Shown: positions 48,192-58,748 of the stretch, piece after piece
Layout of the letters: each line of letters starts with the position of its first letter
Numbering within the stretch: the first letter of the stretch is position 1
NCBI GenBank assembly: GCA_964423645.1
Contig: CAYRFE010000008.1
Span: 37,333 to 101,332, forward strand
DNA length: 64,000 bases
Direction of reading: 5' to 3'
From: an uncultured bacterium
GTDB lineage: Bacteria > Macinerneyibacteriota > Macinerneyibacteria > Macinerneyibacteriales > CAYRFE01
The notes under the pieces: model-generated
Seen by the model: only the letters and a program-made list of their open reading frames with translations
Told to the model about the DNA's origin: nothing
The model's database searches: none
Translations under genes and position numbers: made by a program

Positions 48192-49322
48192 TTAACACAA
48201 CCGTCCTTTAATGATTTTATATGCTCCTTCGTTGATCGCTTGCGTTTTTAACAACGTTTCAAATATCGCGGTGTACCGTTCGCTTGGTATTTCAGACAAA
48301 AACCGATCCCACACACCGTCAAGAAGCTTTTGTTCGTATGAAGTGATCGCGCACAATTGCGAAACGGTGTTATCTAATGACACATCAAATCGCAAGGAAT
48401 ATAAAAATTCGAACTCGCCTCGTAACGAATCGTCTGTTAATGTATCAATATATGCCCGAATGGTCTTTTGGTCGGCTATTTTGAACAATACATAAAAGTA
48501 GGTTATTGATGCGACGGTATACATCGGATTCGCACGCAAAGCTCGTTCGAGGCATTCACGTGTTTTTTCATAATTTTTTTCTTCAAGATAGAATTGTGCC
48601 ATACGATAGGCAATATCGGCATAATCCGGATATAAGGAATACGCATGCTGTAATGCAACAAATGACGCTTCGCGATTTCCTAATTCAATTGCAACATGAG
48701 AAAGATCCAACAACGCAGTAATATTGGTCGGATTATCATGTATTGACTCATTAAGATATCGGTATGCGGTTTGAATATCATTATTCTTATAAAACAAAAA
48801 CCCGATAAGATAAAAAATTGAATCCCTTGGCGCGCCGCATAAAAACGCGGCGAGAAAACAATAAAATGCAGTCTCAACATCTGAGCCGCCGAGAAGATAT
48901 TTCCCGGTGACCACCATAATATCTGACACATAAAAAGGATATTCCGCTGATCGATTTTTGAATTTTTTTTCACCACATTGTATAAACGGATCGATTATCT
49001 CATCAATAGACTTGATAACATCTTGCTCGACCTTCAGATGTTTACCGGTTTCAATATGCTCACGAAGCATGATATACTTTTTAAAAGTTGAATTCAATTT
49101 CAACAATTGTTCGGTATAACGAATAGCTTTCTCGCGTTCACCCAGAAACAGTGCAAGAATTGCAGAGGGATATAAATAATCAGGATACCGGCTCCCTTGC
49201 TCAATCAGAAATTCATAATACGAAAGAACTTCTCGCATTAAATGATCTTTTTTTCCCGATCCGAAATCCTCCAGGAACGTACAAAAATGTTCCGGGCTTA
49301 TGCTGCCGGGTAAACGCTTCAT
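48192..49322 (-). CDS. Tetratricopeptide repeat protein
   Basis: Repeated A..Y/L..A....P..helix pairs (YPDYADIAYRMA, ANPMYTVA). Confidence 0.8.
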   Translation of the reverse strand: MKRLPGSISPEHFCTFLEDFGSGKKDHLMREVLSYYEFLIEQGSRYPDYLYPSAILALFLGEREKAIRYTEQLLKLNSTFKKYIMLREHIETGKHLKVEQDVIKSIDEIIDPFIQCGEKKFKNRSAEYPFYVSDIMVVTGKYLLGGSDVETAFYCFLAAFLCGAPRDSIFYLIGFLFYKNNDIQTAYRYLNESIHDNPTNITALLDLSHVAIELGNREASFVALQHAYSLYPDYADIAYRMAQFYLEEKNYEKTRECLERALRANPMYTVASITYFYVLFKIADQKTIRAYIDTLTDDSLRGEFEFLYSLRFDVSLDNTVSQLCAITSYEQKLLDGVWDRFLSEIPSERYTAIFETLLKTQAINEGAYKIIKGRLC

Positions 49323-49337
49323 GGCTGTCCTCCGATG

Positions 49338-50567
49338 TTATATAATAGGATTATACCGTTCATCTCCCACTGTCTCAGGCTTATACTGCTCCAAAGCCTT
49401 ACGTAACAATTCTATGCTTCGACGCATATCCTTTTCATTCAACACATACGCGATTCGAATTTCATTTTCCCCTTTACCGGGTGTGCCGTAAAATCCACCC
49501 GCCGGTGACACCATGACCGTCTCTTTGTTGTCTTCGAATGATTCCAATAACCATTTCGCAAAATCATCAGCACTTTTCACCGGTAATTTGACGACGGTGT
49601 AAAATGCTCCGGACGGACGCGAAGCGACTACACCGGGTATTTTATTCAATTCTTCAAATACAACATCACGACGTTTACAATATTCCGCGCGAACTTTGTC
49701 CAAATACGATCTTTCGGTTTTGAACAACTCAACCGCCAATACTTGATCAATTGTCGGCGGACATAACCGCGCTTGTGCCAACACCATTGCGGCTTTGACA
49801 AATTGCTCGTTTTTGGATATAAAAGCTCCGATTCGCGCACCACATGCCGAGTACCGTTTCGATACGCTGTCAATCAATATTACATTTTCCAACGCATCCG
49901 GAAAATGCATCATGCTAATGTGTTTTTTTCCGTCATACACAAATTCGTTATAGACTTCATCTGCAATTATCGCAAGATTGTATTTTTTCGCTAATCGTAC
50001 TATTTGCTCCAATTCTTTCTTTTCGCGCACGGTTCCGGTCGGATTGTTCGGCGTACACATGACTATTGCTTTGGTTTTACCGGGAACAACATACGCCTCA
50101 AGGTCACTCTCGCTCGGCAAAAGGAACCCGTTTTCAACTGATGTTAAAACAGGTTTGATGACCACACCAGCCATCTTCGCGAAACCATTATAATTGGCAT
50201 AATACGGCTCCGGCACCAATACTTCATCACCGGTATCCATGGTGACCATAAATGCGAAATAAATTGCTTCGCTTCCGCCATTGGTAATGATAATATCTTT
50301 TTCAGAAAGACCATACTGTAATTTATTGAAATAATTCTTCATGGATTCCCGTAATTCAAATATCCCGTTTGAAGGAGAATATTCCAGAACCGGTGCATTA
50401 AATGTATGAACCGCTTTCATCGCTTCAGCGGGAGTTTCAATATCGGGCTGACCGATATTGACGTGATATACTTTAATACCGCGTTTTTTGGCCGCATCTG
50501 AAAGCGGAACAAGTTTACGAATCGGTGATGGGGGAATAGAACTCATACGATTACTGATCATAGTCAT
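49338..50567 (-). CDS. PLP-dependent class I/II aminotransferase (aspartate aminotransferase-like)
   Basis: NIGQPD, PNNPTG, ADEVY, DSVSKRYSACGARIG. Confidence 0.95.
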   Translation of the reverse strand: MTMISNRMSSIPPSPIRKLVPLSDAAKKRGIKVYHVNIGQPDIETPAEAMKAVHTFNAPVLEYSPSNGIFELRESMKNYFNKLQYGLSEKDIIITNGGSEAIYFAFMVTMDTGDEVLVPEPYYANYNGFAKMAGVVIKPVLTSVENGFLLPSESDLEAYVVPGKTKAIVMCTPNNPTGTVREKKELEQIVRLAKKYNLAIIADEVYNEFVYDGKKHISMMHFPDALENVILIDSVSKRYSACGARIGAFISKNEQFVKAAMVLAQARLCPPTIDQVLAVELFKTERSYLDKVRAEYCKRRDVVFEELNKIPGVVASRPSGAFYTVVKLPVKSADDFAKWLLESFEDNKETVMVSPAGGFYGTPGKGENEIRIAYVLNEKDMRRSIELLRKALEQYKPETVGDERYNPII

Positions 50568-50640
50568 TTTCCTTTCACATTAAATAAAAACCGGACACAG
50601 GTAAAAGCCTGCATCCGGTTAACTGCCTCATACTCACAAA

Positions 50641-51258
50641 TTAATTGTGCAATTTAAAGGTATACGAAATTCCGAACCAAACGGCAACAGGCTGTCCGTT
50701 ATTCACTGCAGGTTTAAATTTAATTCTCCATGCAGCGTCAAGAGCGGCTTTATCCAATGCTTCGGAAACACCTCTCATCAAAACAACAGATTTTACGTCC
50801 CCGCTCTTATCAACATACACTTTCAGGATAACGGTTCCTTCCAATCCTGCTTTTTGCGCGAGTTCCGGATACGCAGGAGCTGGTTTTGATATGGTCACAG
50901 GAGGATCCGAAAAAGGTATAAAAGCATTAACATCCGGAATTGTATCGTCGACAACAGCCTTATTTAAATCAAGGTTGGTATCGGCAATAGTATCTTCGTC
51001 TTCTGCTTCATCTTCTTCTGCCTCTTCAACAGCTTTCGGTTTCTGAACAGTCTGAGTATCAGTTTGCTCTTGAATAATTTCAACATCATTAAGGTCGGAT
51101 ATAGATGCATCGCGTACTTGCTTCGCGCCAAACGGCTCAATTGATATGTGCGGAGCCGCCCAAAAAATAGCCAGCGTTAACGTAAGTGCAACGATAAAAC
51201 CTATACGAGCATACAATCCATCAACGTCTTGCAGTCTTGTTGCAACAGCCATTGACAT
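50641..51258 (-). CDS. tonB: Energy transducer TonB
   Basis: TM helix, acidic linker, YPELAQKAGLEGTV...VDKSG...FKPA. Confidence 0.92.
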   Translation of the reverse strand: MSMAVATRLQDVDGLYARIGFIVALTLTLAIFWAAPHISIEPFGAKQVRDASISDLNDVEIIQEQTDTQTVQKPKAVEEAEEDEAEDEDTIADTNLDLNKAVVDDTIPDVNAFIPFSDPPVTISKPAPAYPELAQKAGLEGTVILKVYVDKSGDVKSVVLMRGVSEALDKAALDAAWRIKFKPAVNNGQPVAVWFGISYTFKLHN

Positions 51259-51674
51259 CACCCCCCCACATCGTAGCGGGCGCCAAGAACAACTCTTAAT
51301 GCCTGAGCTTTTTTCAATTCTTCAAAGACGCCGTCAACCGCACCATATTTCGTATTACGATCAGCTTTTACTTCTACTATCAACATGTTATTGGTTTCAA
51401 AGCGTTTCTGATCGATCAGTTGAGAAACCATATTTACCGGTACGAACTTATCCTCGATTGAAATACGGTTCTGGTCATTTAACCATACGATCGCAAGGTT
51501 TTTGTTGCTTAATTTTTCAATTTTCTCCGCCTTAGGCAACGTGATTTTCAAACCGGTATCAATCTTAAAGGTGGTGGTAACCATGAAAAAGATAACCAAA
51601 AGGAATGCTATATCTGCCATGGAGGCAGTGGGCACTTTTCCGGTGATCTTTCTTTTTTTCTTGAGCACAGCCAT
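51258..51674 (-). CDS. exbD: Biopolymer transport protein ExbD
   Basis: SMADIAFLLVIFFMVTT, ADRNTKYG. Confidence 0.93.
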   Translation of the reverse strand: MAVLKKKRKITGKVPTASMADIAFLLVIFFMVTTTFKIDTGLKITLPKAEKIEKLSNKNLAIVWLNDQNRISIEDKFVPVNMVSQLIDQKRFETNNMLIVEVKADRNTKYGAVDGVFEELKKAQALRVVLGARYDVGG

Positions 51675-51686
51675 AGTTCCCTCCCG

Positions 51687-52097
51687 CTATTTCCGTTTGT
51701 TAACCTGAAGAGATACTTTTCGCATGTCTATCTTCTTCATTTCATCAAACACACTGATCATGCGTTCATAGCTGGCATTCTCGTCAGTCTTGATGACTAC
51801 AACAAGCTTATCATTGGATTTCATACGTGCAGCGACGTAATCACCTATGTTCGAAACACTCGAATTCTCATTATCATCAACGAACATACGGTTTTCACTA
51901 TTAATAAATATTTTGCACAAATTCTTTTTCGGAATTCTTGCAGATCCCGTCGATTCTCCCGGCAACATAATTGACAAACCTTTATCATTGAAAAAGCTTG
52001 TTGTTACCATAAAGAATATCATGAGCAAAAACGCGATGTCCGCCATCGAAGAATCAGGGACTTCGGTTGCAAGCTCAAGTTTCGACTTCCTTAACAT
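51687..52097 (-). CDS. exbD: Biopolymer transport protein ExbD (second paralog)
   Basis: SMADIAFLLMIFFMVTT, TDENASY. Confidence 0.93.
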   Translation of the reverse strand: MLRKSKLELATEVPDSSMADIAFLLMIFFMVTTSFFNDKGLSIMLPGESTGSARIPKKNLCKIFINSENRMFVDDNENSSVSNIGDYVAARMKSNDKLVVVIKTDENASYERMISVFDEMKKIDMRKVSLQVNKRK

Positions 52098-52107
52098 CGG
52101 GATCGCC

Positions 52108-52734
52108 TCATTTACCTTGGGACTTAAGGATTTCTAGGAAATCGCGAACACTTTCTTCAATATTTACACTGATAGCAGACACTCTCTGTGTAAAAAAGTT
52201 GAAGAATATGTTGATAGGAATACCGATAACAAGACCGGTTGCAGTCGTGATCAATGCTTCCGATATACCTGCAGCAACGATCGTCGGTTCAACGGTACCT
52301 GCCATAGCGATAGCATCAAATGCGCCTATCATACCGGTAACTGTGCCCAAGAATCCAAACATCGGTGCAACAGTAAAAAGAGTTACAAGGAATGTAAGAT
52401 TCTTCTCGAGAAATGCCAACTCGGTAACCGCGGTAGTTTCGATTGCTTTTTCAACTTCGCTGATGTCACCCTTGGTCTGTTGATATTTCATAAGACCGGC
52501 TCTCATCAATGACGGAACAGGACCCGGTGTTGCTTCGCATATCTCAATTGCCTCGTCAATGTTTCCCTGAACGAGATGAGATTTAAAATCAACAAGAAAC
52601 TTCTTCGCGCTCACGGTAACTTTAGTATACACGATAAAACGCTCAACAATAATCACCACTCCGGCAACAGCACAGAAAGCAAGAAGCCACATTACATCTC
52701 CACCCTTGGCCCAAAGATCCATAAATGCGTTCAT
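52108..52734 (-). CDS. exbB: MotA/TolQ/ExbB proton channel protein
   Basis: APMFGFLGTVTGMI.AF, GISEALITTATGL. Confidence 0.93.
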   Translation of the reverse strand: MNAFMDLWAKGGDVMWLLAFCAVAGVVIIVERFIVYTKVTVSAKKFLVDFKSHLVQGNIDEAIEICEATPGPVPSLMRAGLMKYQQTKGDISEVEKAIETTAVTELAFLEKNLTFLVTLFTVAPMFGFLGTVTGMIGAFDAIAMAGTVEPTIVAAGISEALITTATGLVIGIPINIFFNFFTQRVSAISVNIEESVRDFLEILKSQGK

Positions 52735-52763
52735 AGCAAAAACCTCCTTAACCTTTTTCCGCT

Positions 52764-52792
52764 ATTATAGTTAGCAGTTTTTTATAAGTCAA
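52764..52792 (-). promoter_or_regulatory. Putative exbB operon promoter TTGACT-N17-TATAAT
   Basis: Direct reading; AAGGAGG SD follows. Confidence 0.7.
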
Positions 52793-52990
52793 CAGAAAAG
52801 AATAGATATTATTGAATAAAAAGCCTAATATTGAATTTTCTTCAGTCTGAGCCGGGTGCAAGGGTCTTAAATTGAACTTTCGGAAACAAATTTTGTGCCA
52901 AACGGAAAAGCCAATTTTAAAACCACGTGTTGAACACACGTTCTTTGCGCCCCCCCCCTTACGTGACAAAAGAGGTGAAAAAACCGTATT

Positions 52991-53518
52991 TTAAAACTCA
53001 ATCCCCTCGCGCGCCTGGAGTTTTTCGGTTTCATAATAATGCTTTATTTCTTTCATTTCGGTCACCAGATCCGCAATATCGCACAATTTTTCGTGCGCAT
53101 ATCTGCCGGTCACGACCACCTCTGTATGAGGTTGGCGCGCCGCAATGGCATGTAGCAATGCTTCAACACTGAAAAGCTCAAAATATACGGCAATATTTGC
53201 TTCATCGAGAATAACAATATCATATGCTCCCGAAGCCAGAATACCTGTTACTTCGTCAAGACCGACACGTGCGCTGTCAATATCTTCCTGAACCGGTTTC
53301 CCGTGTATGAAACACCCGCGACCGTATTGCTTGATCGTCACAAAGTCACTGAGAAATTTGCGGATACTATCCAATTCCGCGTAATGCATACCTTTCACAA
53401 ATTGTGCAATATAAACCTTGTATCCGCGACCTGCCGCACGAAGTGCTAATCCGAAGGCGGCCGTTGTCTTACCTTTTCCGTTACCGGTATACACCTGTAT
53501 GCGTCCGTTAATCGTCAT
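52991..53518 (-). CDS. cobO: Cob(I)yrinic acid a,c-diamide adenosyltransferase (CobO/BtuR type)
   Basis: YTGNGKGKTTAAFG.ALRA.G, QFVKG, ILDE, VTGR, AREGIEF. Confidence 0.93.
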   Translation of the reverse strand: MTINGRIQVYTGNGKGKTTAAFGLALRAAGRGYKVYIAQFVKGMHYAELDSIRKFLSDFVTIKQYGRGCFIHGKPVQEDIDSARVGLDEVTGILASGAYDIVILDEANIAVYFELFSVEALLHAIAARQPHTEVVVTGRYAHEKLCDIADLVTEMKEIKHYYETEKLQAREGIEF

Positions 53519-54044
53519 ATCGTACACCTCGTTGTTTCAATGTTCGGCTGACCCATACCGCAATGACCGCCTTAAGAATATCCCCCGGTAAAAACACAAG
53601 CATAAACGGTGTCAACATGGCAGAATAACTCATGGGTTTATGTACCACGCTTCGCAACAAAACATTCGCATAAGGGATTCCTATAGCATAAATTATAACC
53701 GTGCCTATGATTACGATCGTCGTATCGTATAAAAATGACGACTCTTTTTTCAGAAGAAAACCGACGACTAAGGAAGATACAACAAAACCAATGATGTACC
53801 CGAAGGAAAGTTTGAGAATATATGCGATCCCGCCGCCGTCTGAAAAAACCGGCACACCCGCAAGACCAATCGCTACATACAATAAAACCGGAATCCACCC
53901 CTTTTTACCCAATAATAATGCCGAGAACATGACAAAAAATGTTTGAAGCGTAAAACTCAACTCACCGAGTTTGAACTTCAACGGTGCCGTAATGATCAAC
54001 AATGCAATAATAAGCGCGGAAACTGTTATCATGCGAACCTTCAT
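53508..54044 (-). CDS. bioY: Biotin transporter BioY
   Basis: FTLQT, YVAIGLAGVPVFS.GG, GYIIGF, PGDILK. Confidence 0.93.
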   Translation of the reverse strand: MKVRMITVSALIIALLIITAPLKFKLGELSFTLQTFFVMFSALLLGKKGWIPVLLYVAIGLAGVPVFSDGGGIAYILKLSFGYIIGFVVSSLVVGFLLKKESSFLYDTTIVIIGTVIIYAIGIPYANVLLRSVVHKPMSYSAMLTPFMLVFLPGDILKAVIAVWVSRTLKQRGVRYDD

Positions 54045-54047
54045 ACC

Positions 54048-54668
54048 TCATCCCTTCTTAATATATACCACATGTCTTTTTGAGGTCTTTGATCGACGAA
54101 AGCTGAATAAACTTTCATCACATATGGTACAGCGAGGATTAACAGTGATTTTTTCTCGCAGAACACCTGCTTTTTCAGCCAAAAATATATTCATCCCAAT
54201 GAGATCGGCATACAAGCCTGCTTCGCGTTGAATAAAAAACCGATGAAGTTCTGATTGAAACCGGTCAATAATGTCCTTTCCGATTTCATAACAACACGAA
54301 CGAGCAGATGGTGAAAAATAGACAGAGAGACGTGAAGGGTCTATCCCATGCGAAAAAAAAAGAGCGATACCTTCAGACAGTATCGCAGATGCAGTGCCCT
54401 TCCAGCCCGCATGTAGCACCATGACAAGTTCTTGATTATCGTCCCATAGAACAATGCCGTTGCAATCTGCAGTTCGAACGGTCAGACACACATTGGCTCT
54501 ATCGGTAAACAGTCCGTCCCCGTCGCCATAAAATCCCGGACTTGGGGCATAACAAATATGATTTCCATGAATTTGATGACAATATGCCGCATCGGGAAAA
54601 TGTGCTGCGACATCTTCCCGCTCCGGATAACTGTTCGTCGTCCAACCGAAATACGGCTTATTCACCAT
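54048..54668 (-). CDS. pgeF: Peptidoglycan editing factor PgeF (YfiH family)
   Basis: QIHG, DGLFT, TADCNGI, HAGWKGT, CCYEIG, CT.C...LFSFRR. Confidence 0.92.
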   Translation of the reverse strand: MVNKPYFGWTTNSYPEREDVAAHFPDAAYCHQIHGNHICYAPSPGFYGDGDGLFTDRANVCLTVRTADCNGIVLWDDNQELVMVLHAGWKGTASAILSEGIALFFSHGIDPSRLSVYFSPSARSCCYEIGKDIIDRFQSELHRFFIQREAGLYADLIGMNIFLAEKAGVLREKITVNPRCTICDESLFSFRRSKTSKRHVVYIKKG

Positions 54669-57600
54669 ACTTCGGCCAGCAACACGTCTTATATTTCTTT
54701 CCGCTCCCGCACGGGCACGGATCATTACGTCCAACCTTAACATTCTTTTTGATCGGTTGACGCTTAATTCCTTTACCGTCCCCCGAATTTCCCGCAGTAG
54801 TATAAATGAGATCTTTTGTATCATCCTGTTGTTGTTCAGCTTTTTCAATGACCAAATGAAACAGATCTCGTATTACTTGTTTGCGTATCATCGCCTCAAG
54901 TTCATGGAACATTTCATACGATTCTTTTTTATACTCAAACAAAGGATCTTTCTGTGCATACGCACGAAGATTAATACCTTCCATAAGATTATCGATCGCA
55001 TATAAATGCTCCCGCCAGTTCCTATCGATCGCCGATAACATGATGATACGTTGTACATCACGCATGATATCAGCACCGACCTGTCGATCGCGTGATTGCG
55101 CAAGTTTTTCGACTTCTTGATTGACATAGGCGTTCAGTGCGTCACGATCAGCACACTTCGTTAACGAATCAATATCAATAAAAAGACCGAAGTATTCAAG
55201 TGCAAAAGTTTTTAAGCCTTCCAAATCCCAATCCATCGGACGAAGATCCTGCGGACAGAACATGTCAACGCCTTCTTCGACAACCTCAGCGATCATGTCG
55301 GTCAATTGCTCTTCCAAAAGATCGTTTGATGCGATATGCACTTCTTCGCCTTCTGTCTCGATCATAGAGTGTTTTTCAAGAAGTGGAAACAATACACGTT
55401 CAAAACCTTTTTCGAATGCATTCGTGCGAAACGCGTCATATGATGCAAATCGAGTTTTATCGGTCGTCGCTGCAATAAATTCGCTGAGATAAACGGCTTC
55501 AAGAACTGAATTACGACGATCATAGATCGAGAAACGTTGTTTATTCATTACATCGTCATATTCAAGTGTGTGTTTACGAATCTGGAAATGATGATGTTCA
55601 ACACGTTTTTGCGCATTCTCGATTTGACGTGAAATAAGCGGATGCTGAATCGCTTCCCCGTCTTCCATTTTAAGACGATCAAGTATCCCTATTATTCTGT
55701 CAGAACCGAAAAGACGCATGAGGTTGTCTTCAAGTGAGACAAAGAACCGTGATGCACCCGGGTCACCCTGTCGACCGGAACGACCTCGCAACTGACGATC
55801 GATGCGTCGACTTTCATGACGCTCTGTACCGATTACATATAATCCGCACGGAACGTCGCGTTTACATTCACGCACATCAACGCCGGCTTCTACGGCAACA
55901 CCTTCTTCAGATGCCACCAATGCACACGATACACAGCGCTTCACGCCGGCTCCGAGTTTAATATCGGTTCCGCGACCGGCCATATTGGTCGCAATAGTGA
56001 TCGATCCCTTTTGCCCTGCTCGTGCGACGATCTCGGCTTCTTTTTGATGATTCTTCGCATTTAAGACCTCAGCGATCAGTCCTTTACGAGTAAGCATACG
56101 TGCTAACAACTCAGAATCTTCGACCGATACTGTGCCGACCAGTACAGGTTGCCCTCGTTGATTTACACGATGGATCTCATCAATGACCGCATTGAATTTT
56201 TCTTTTTTGGTTTTATAGATCACATCATCGTAATCCATACGACGAACAGGTCTGTTAGTTGGTACAACAAGTACATCCATCTTATAGATTTCTTTGAATT
56301 CGCCTGCCTCAGTTACGGCAGTTCCCGTCATACCTGATATCTTTTTATACATTCTGAAAAAGTTTTGCAACGTAATCGTCGCAAACGTCTGGGTATCGCC
56401 TTCGATCTGAACATTCTCTTTCGCCTCAAGCGCATTATGCAACCCGTCAGAAAAGCGACGTCCCGGCATCAAACGTCCGGTAAATTCATCAACGATCAAA
56501 ACCTTATTCTCCTGCACCACATAATCAACATCTTTCTCGAAGAGCGAATATGCCCGCAAAAGCTGTGATAACGCATGAAGTATTTCATTCTTTTCGCTGT
56601 AATCCCGTTGGACTTTACGTTTGAGATTCTCACGTTCTGTCTCATCCTGGGTCTCTTCTAAAATACGTGCGAATTCATCACCGATATCGGTCAATTCAAA
56701 TAACTTCGGATTTTCGGGTGATAAAAGTTTGCGCCCGTTTTCTGCCAAATCGGCAACATGTCGTTTTTCATCGATCACATAATACAACTCTTCTTCAAGC
56801 TCATGCACGCGTTTGTCACGAATATATACCAACTCCATGTCATTCATAAGACGCTGGATCTTTGTTTCCTGACGTAATTTCATCAACTGCTTGTGCGTGG
56901 GAAGACCTTTATAGGCGATAAGAAATTTTATGGCCGCAGTGTCAAAATCACCTGACTCGTATGCTTCTTGTCCTTCACGAACAAGTTTTGATACCAATTC
57001 TCGTTGATGATCAAGTAATCGACGTACTTTCGGATTTAACTCGCGAAAATAACGATTGCTTTGCGATTGAACCGGTCCCGAAATGATAAGCGGTGTACGG
57101 GCTTCATCGATGAGGATCGAGTCGACTTCATCGATAATTGCAAATTCACGATATTTCTGCACTTGCTCTCGCAGATTCCCCACCATATTATCTCTCAAAT
57201 AATCAAAACCGAATTCGGAATTCGTACCATATACAATATCATTCTGATACACACTTTTTCGTGCTTCGGTATCCATACCGCCCTGCAAACAACCGACGGT
57301 CACTCCCAACGTTGTATATAAAAGCCCCATCCACTGACTATCACGAAGTGCCAAATAATCATTGACGGTAACAACATGTACTTGCCCGTTCAGTGCATTG
57401 AGATAGGCAGGCATGGTCGCAACCAGTGTTTTTCCTTCACCGGTCGCCATTTCTGATATTTTCCCGCTGTGGATGACTATTCCGCCGATAAGCTGTACAT
57501 CAAACGGCACCATTTCCCACGGCATTTGATGACCGGTCACATTCGCGAGAATTTTATTCTCTTTCAAGTAATATGCAACACGCTTTACAAGACCGAATGC

Positions 57601-57801
57601 CTCGGGTAACAATTCGTCCGTTGTTTCGCCTTTACGTAAACGTGCGCGGAACTCCTCGGTTTTTCGTTTGAAATCGTCGGGTGTGTGCACTTCTTGCAAA
57701 AACCGTTCGAAATTTTGATTGATCCCGTCAACATGCGAAAACAATTTCTTTACTGTTCGTTCTTGATAACTGCCGAAAATCTTTGTTAAAAAACCTAACA
57801 T
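54658..57801 (-). CDS. secA: Protein translocase subunit SecA
   Basis: MATGEGKTL, DEVDSILIDEARTPLIISG, ATNMAGRGTDI, GTERHESRRIDRQLRGRSGRQGDPG, SEC-C GRNDPCPCGSGKKYKTCC. Confidence 0.99.
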   Translation of the reverse strand: MLGFLTKIFGSYQERTVKKLFSHVDGINQNFERFLQEVHTPDDFKRKTEEFRARLRKGETTDELLPEAFGLVKRVAYYLKENKILANVTGHQMPWEMVPFDVQLIGGIVIHSGKISEMATGEGKTLVATMPAYLNALNGQVHVVTVNDYLALRDSQWMGLLYTTLGVTVGCLQGGMDTEARKSVYQNDIVYGTNSEFGFDYLRDNMVGNLREQVQKYREFAIIDEVDSILIDEARTPLIISGPVQSQSNRYFRELNPKVRRLLDHQRELVSKLVREGQEAYESGDFDTAAIKFLIAYKGLPTHKQLMKLRQETKIQRLMNDMELVYIRDKRVHELEEELYYVIDEKRHVADLAENGRKLLSPENPKLFELTDIGDEFARILEETQDETERENLKRKVQRDYSEKNEILHALSQLLRAYSLFEKDVDYVVQENKVLIVDEFTGRLMPGRRFSDGLHNALEAKENVQIEGDTQTFATITLQNFFRMYKKISGMTGTAVTEAGEFKEIYKMDVLVVPTNRPVRRMDYDDVIYKTKKEKFNAVIDEIHRVNQRGQPVLVGTVSVEDSELLARMLTRKGLIAEVLNAKNHQKEAEIVARAGQKGSITIATNMAGRGTDIKLGAGVKRCVSCALVASEEGVAVEAGVDVRECKRDVPCGLYVIGTERHESRRIDRQLRGRSGRQGDPGASRFFVSLEDNLMRLFGSDRIIGILDRLKMEDGEAIQHPLISRQIENAQKRVEHHHFQIRKHTLEYDDVMNKQRFSIYDRRNSVLEAVYLSEFIAATTDKTRFASYDAFRTNAFEKGFERVLFPLLEKHSMIETEGEEVHIASNDLLEEQLTDMIAEVVEEGVDMFCPQDLRPMDWDLEGLKTFALEYFGLFIDIDSLTKCADRDALNAYVNQEVEKLAQSRDRQVGADIMRDVQRIIMLSAIDRNWREHLYAIDNLMEGINLRAYAQKDPLFEYKKESYEMFHELEAMIRKQVIRDLFHLVIEKAEQQQDDTKDLIYTTAGNSGDGKGIKRQPIKKNVKVGRNDPCPCGSGKKYKTCCWPKYGE

Positions 57802-57806
57802 ACTTA

Positions 57807-58748
57807 TTACCCCCGTAATACTTTTAACGGATCAATTGCCTGATCGTTTATGCGTACCTCAAAGTGAAGATGTGCGCCGGTAACCCTTCCGGTTGCACCG
57901 ACATATCCTATTATGTCTCCTTTGACAACTTGCTGTCCGGTAGAAACCGTAAAGCCCTGCATGTGCGCATACCTCGTCGACACCGATGCGTTGTGATTAA
58001 TGATAATTACATTTCCATATTCGGTCATTACGCCTGCATATTCGACAAAACCGCTTTCAGCGGCAAAAATAGGAGTTCCCAAAGGACCGGCGAAATCGAG
58101 CCCTGTATGCGACGCCCCCATCCCATTGATCGGATCCCACCGAGACCCGAAATAAGAAGTAATTCGTGTGCCCGTGGGGTGAATAAACTCAAGACCGCCC
58201 AAAAAGTAAAAAATGCTGTTTTGTTCCTCTTTGGTCAAGATCGCATCAAATGTATTCAACTGTGCAAATATCCCCCCCGCCAATTCACTCATTACCCGCT
58301 CATCATCTTGTTCAAGCAAACGACGCGTATAGTCACTCATGGATATCGTTGGTTTATTACCTGCGCCTTGTTCATCGGGTATTTTATATAATCGTGTGAT
58401 CCGGTTTATCTTTCCATGGAGTGCCGCAATATCATTATTCACGCGTTTTTCCCAGTTGATAAAGGTGTATTTGTGATTACGATACTTTTGGTATACATTC
58501 TCCATTTCATTACGCAACTGTAAGTTTTGTTTCTTGGTTGTTTGAAATTGACTGTATACCGGCGCATAATCACGATTCATATCACTGTAATTCCAAAAAA
58601 ACACACCAATCGTAAGAAGGGCAATAAACAACGTCATTGATGCAACCGCCATAATCACCTTGAACAGTTTTCGGGACACCGTAAACTTACGAATTTCTTC
58701 GGTATCATCGGAAACAATGAGAATATGATAACGTTTTCTGTCACTCAT
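57807..58748 (-). CDS. M23 family metallopeptidase (TM plus coiled coil)
   Basis: HTGLD, YAHM, HLHFEV. Confidence 0.93.
   Translation of the reverse strand: MSDRKRYHILIVSDDTEEIRKFTVSRKLFKVIMAVASMTLFIALLTIGVFFWNYSDMNRDYAPVYSQFQTTKKQNLQLRNEMENVYQKYRNHKYTFINWEKRVNNDIAALHGKINRITRLYKIPDEQGAGNKPTISMSDYTRRLLEQDDERVMSELAGGIFAQLNTFDAILTKEEQNSIFYFLGGLEFIHPTGTRITSYFGSRWDPINGMGASHTGLDFAGPLGTPIFAAESGFVEYAGVMTEYGNVIIINHNASVSTRYAHMQGFTVSTGQQVVKGDIIGYVGATGRVTGAHLHFEVRINDQAIDPLKVLRG

Noticed and set aside
52885-52900. Sigma54-like TGGCAC-N5-TTGT upstream of exbB
   Set aside because: The invariant -12 GC is absent, and a good sigma70 promoter lies closer to the gene.
52991-54044. Cobalamin riboswitch or biotin operator near cobO/bioY
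   Set aside because: The genes are coupled within the secA operon with no intergenic room, and no B12-box-like sequence was seen.
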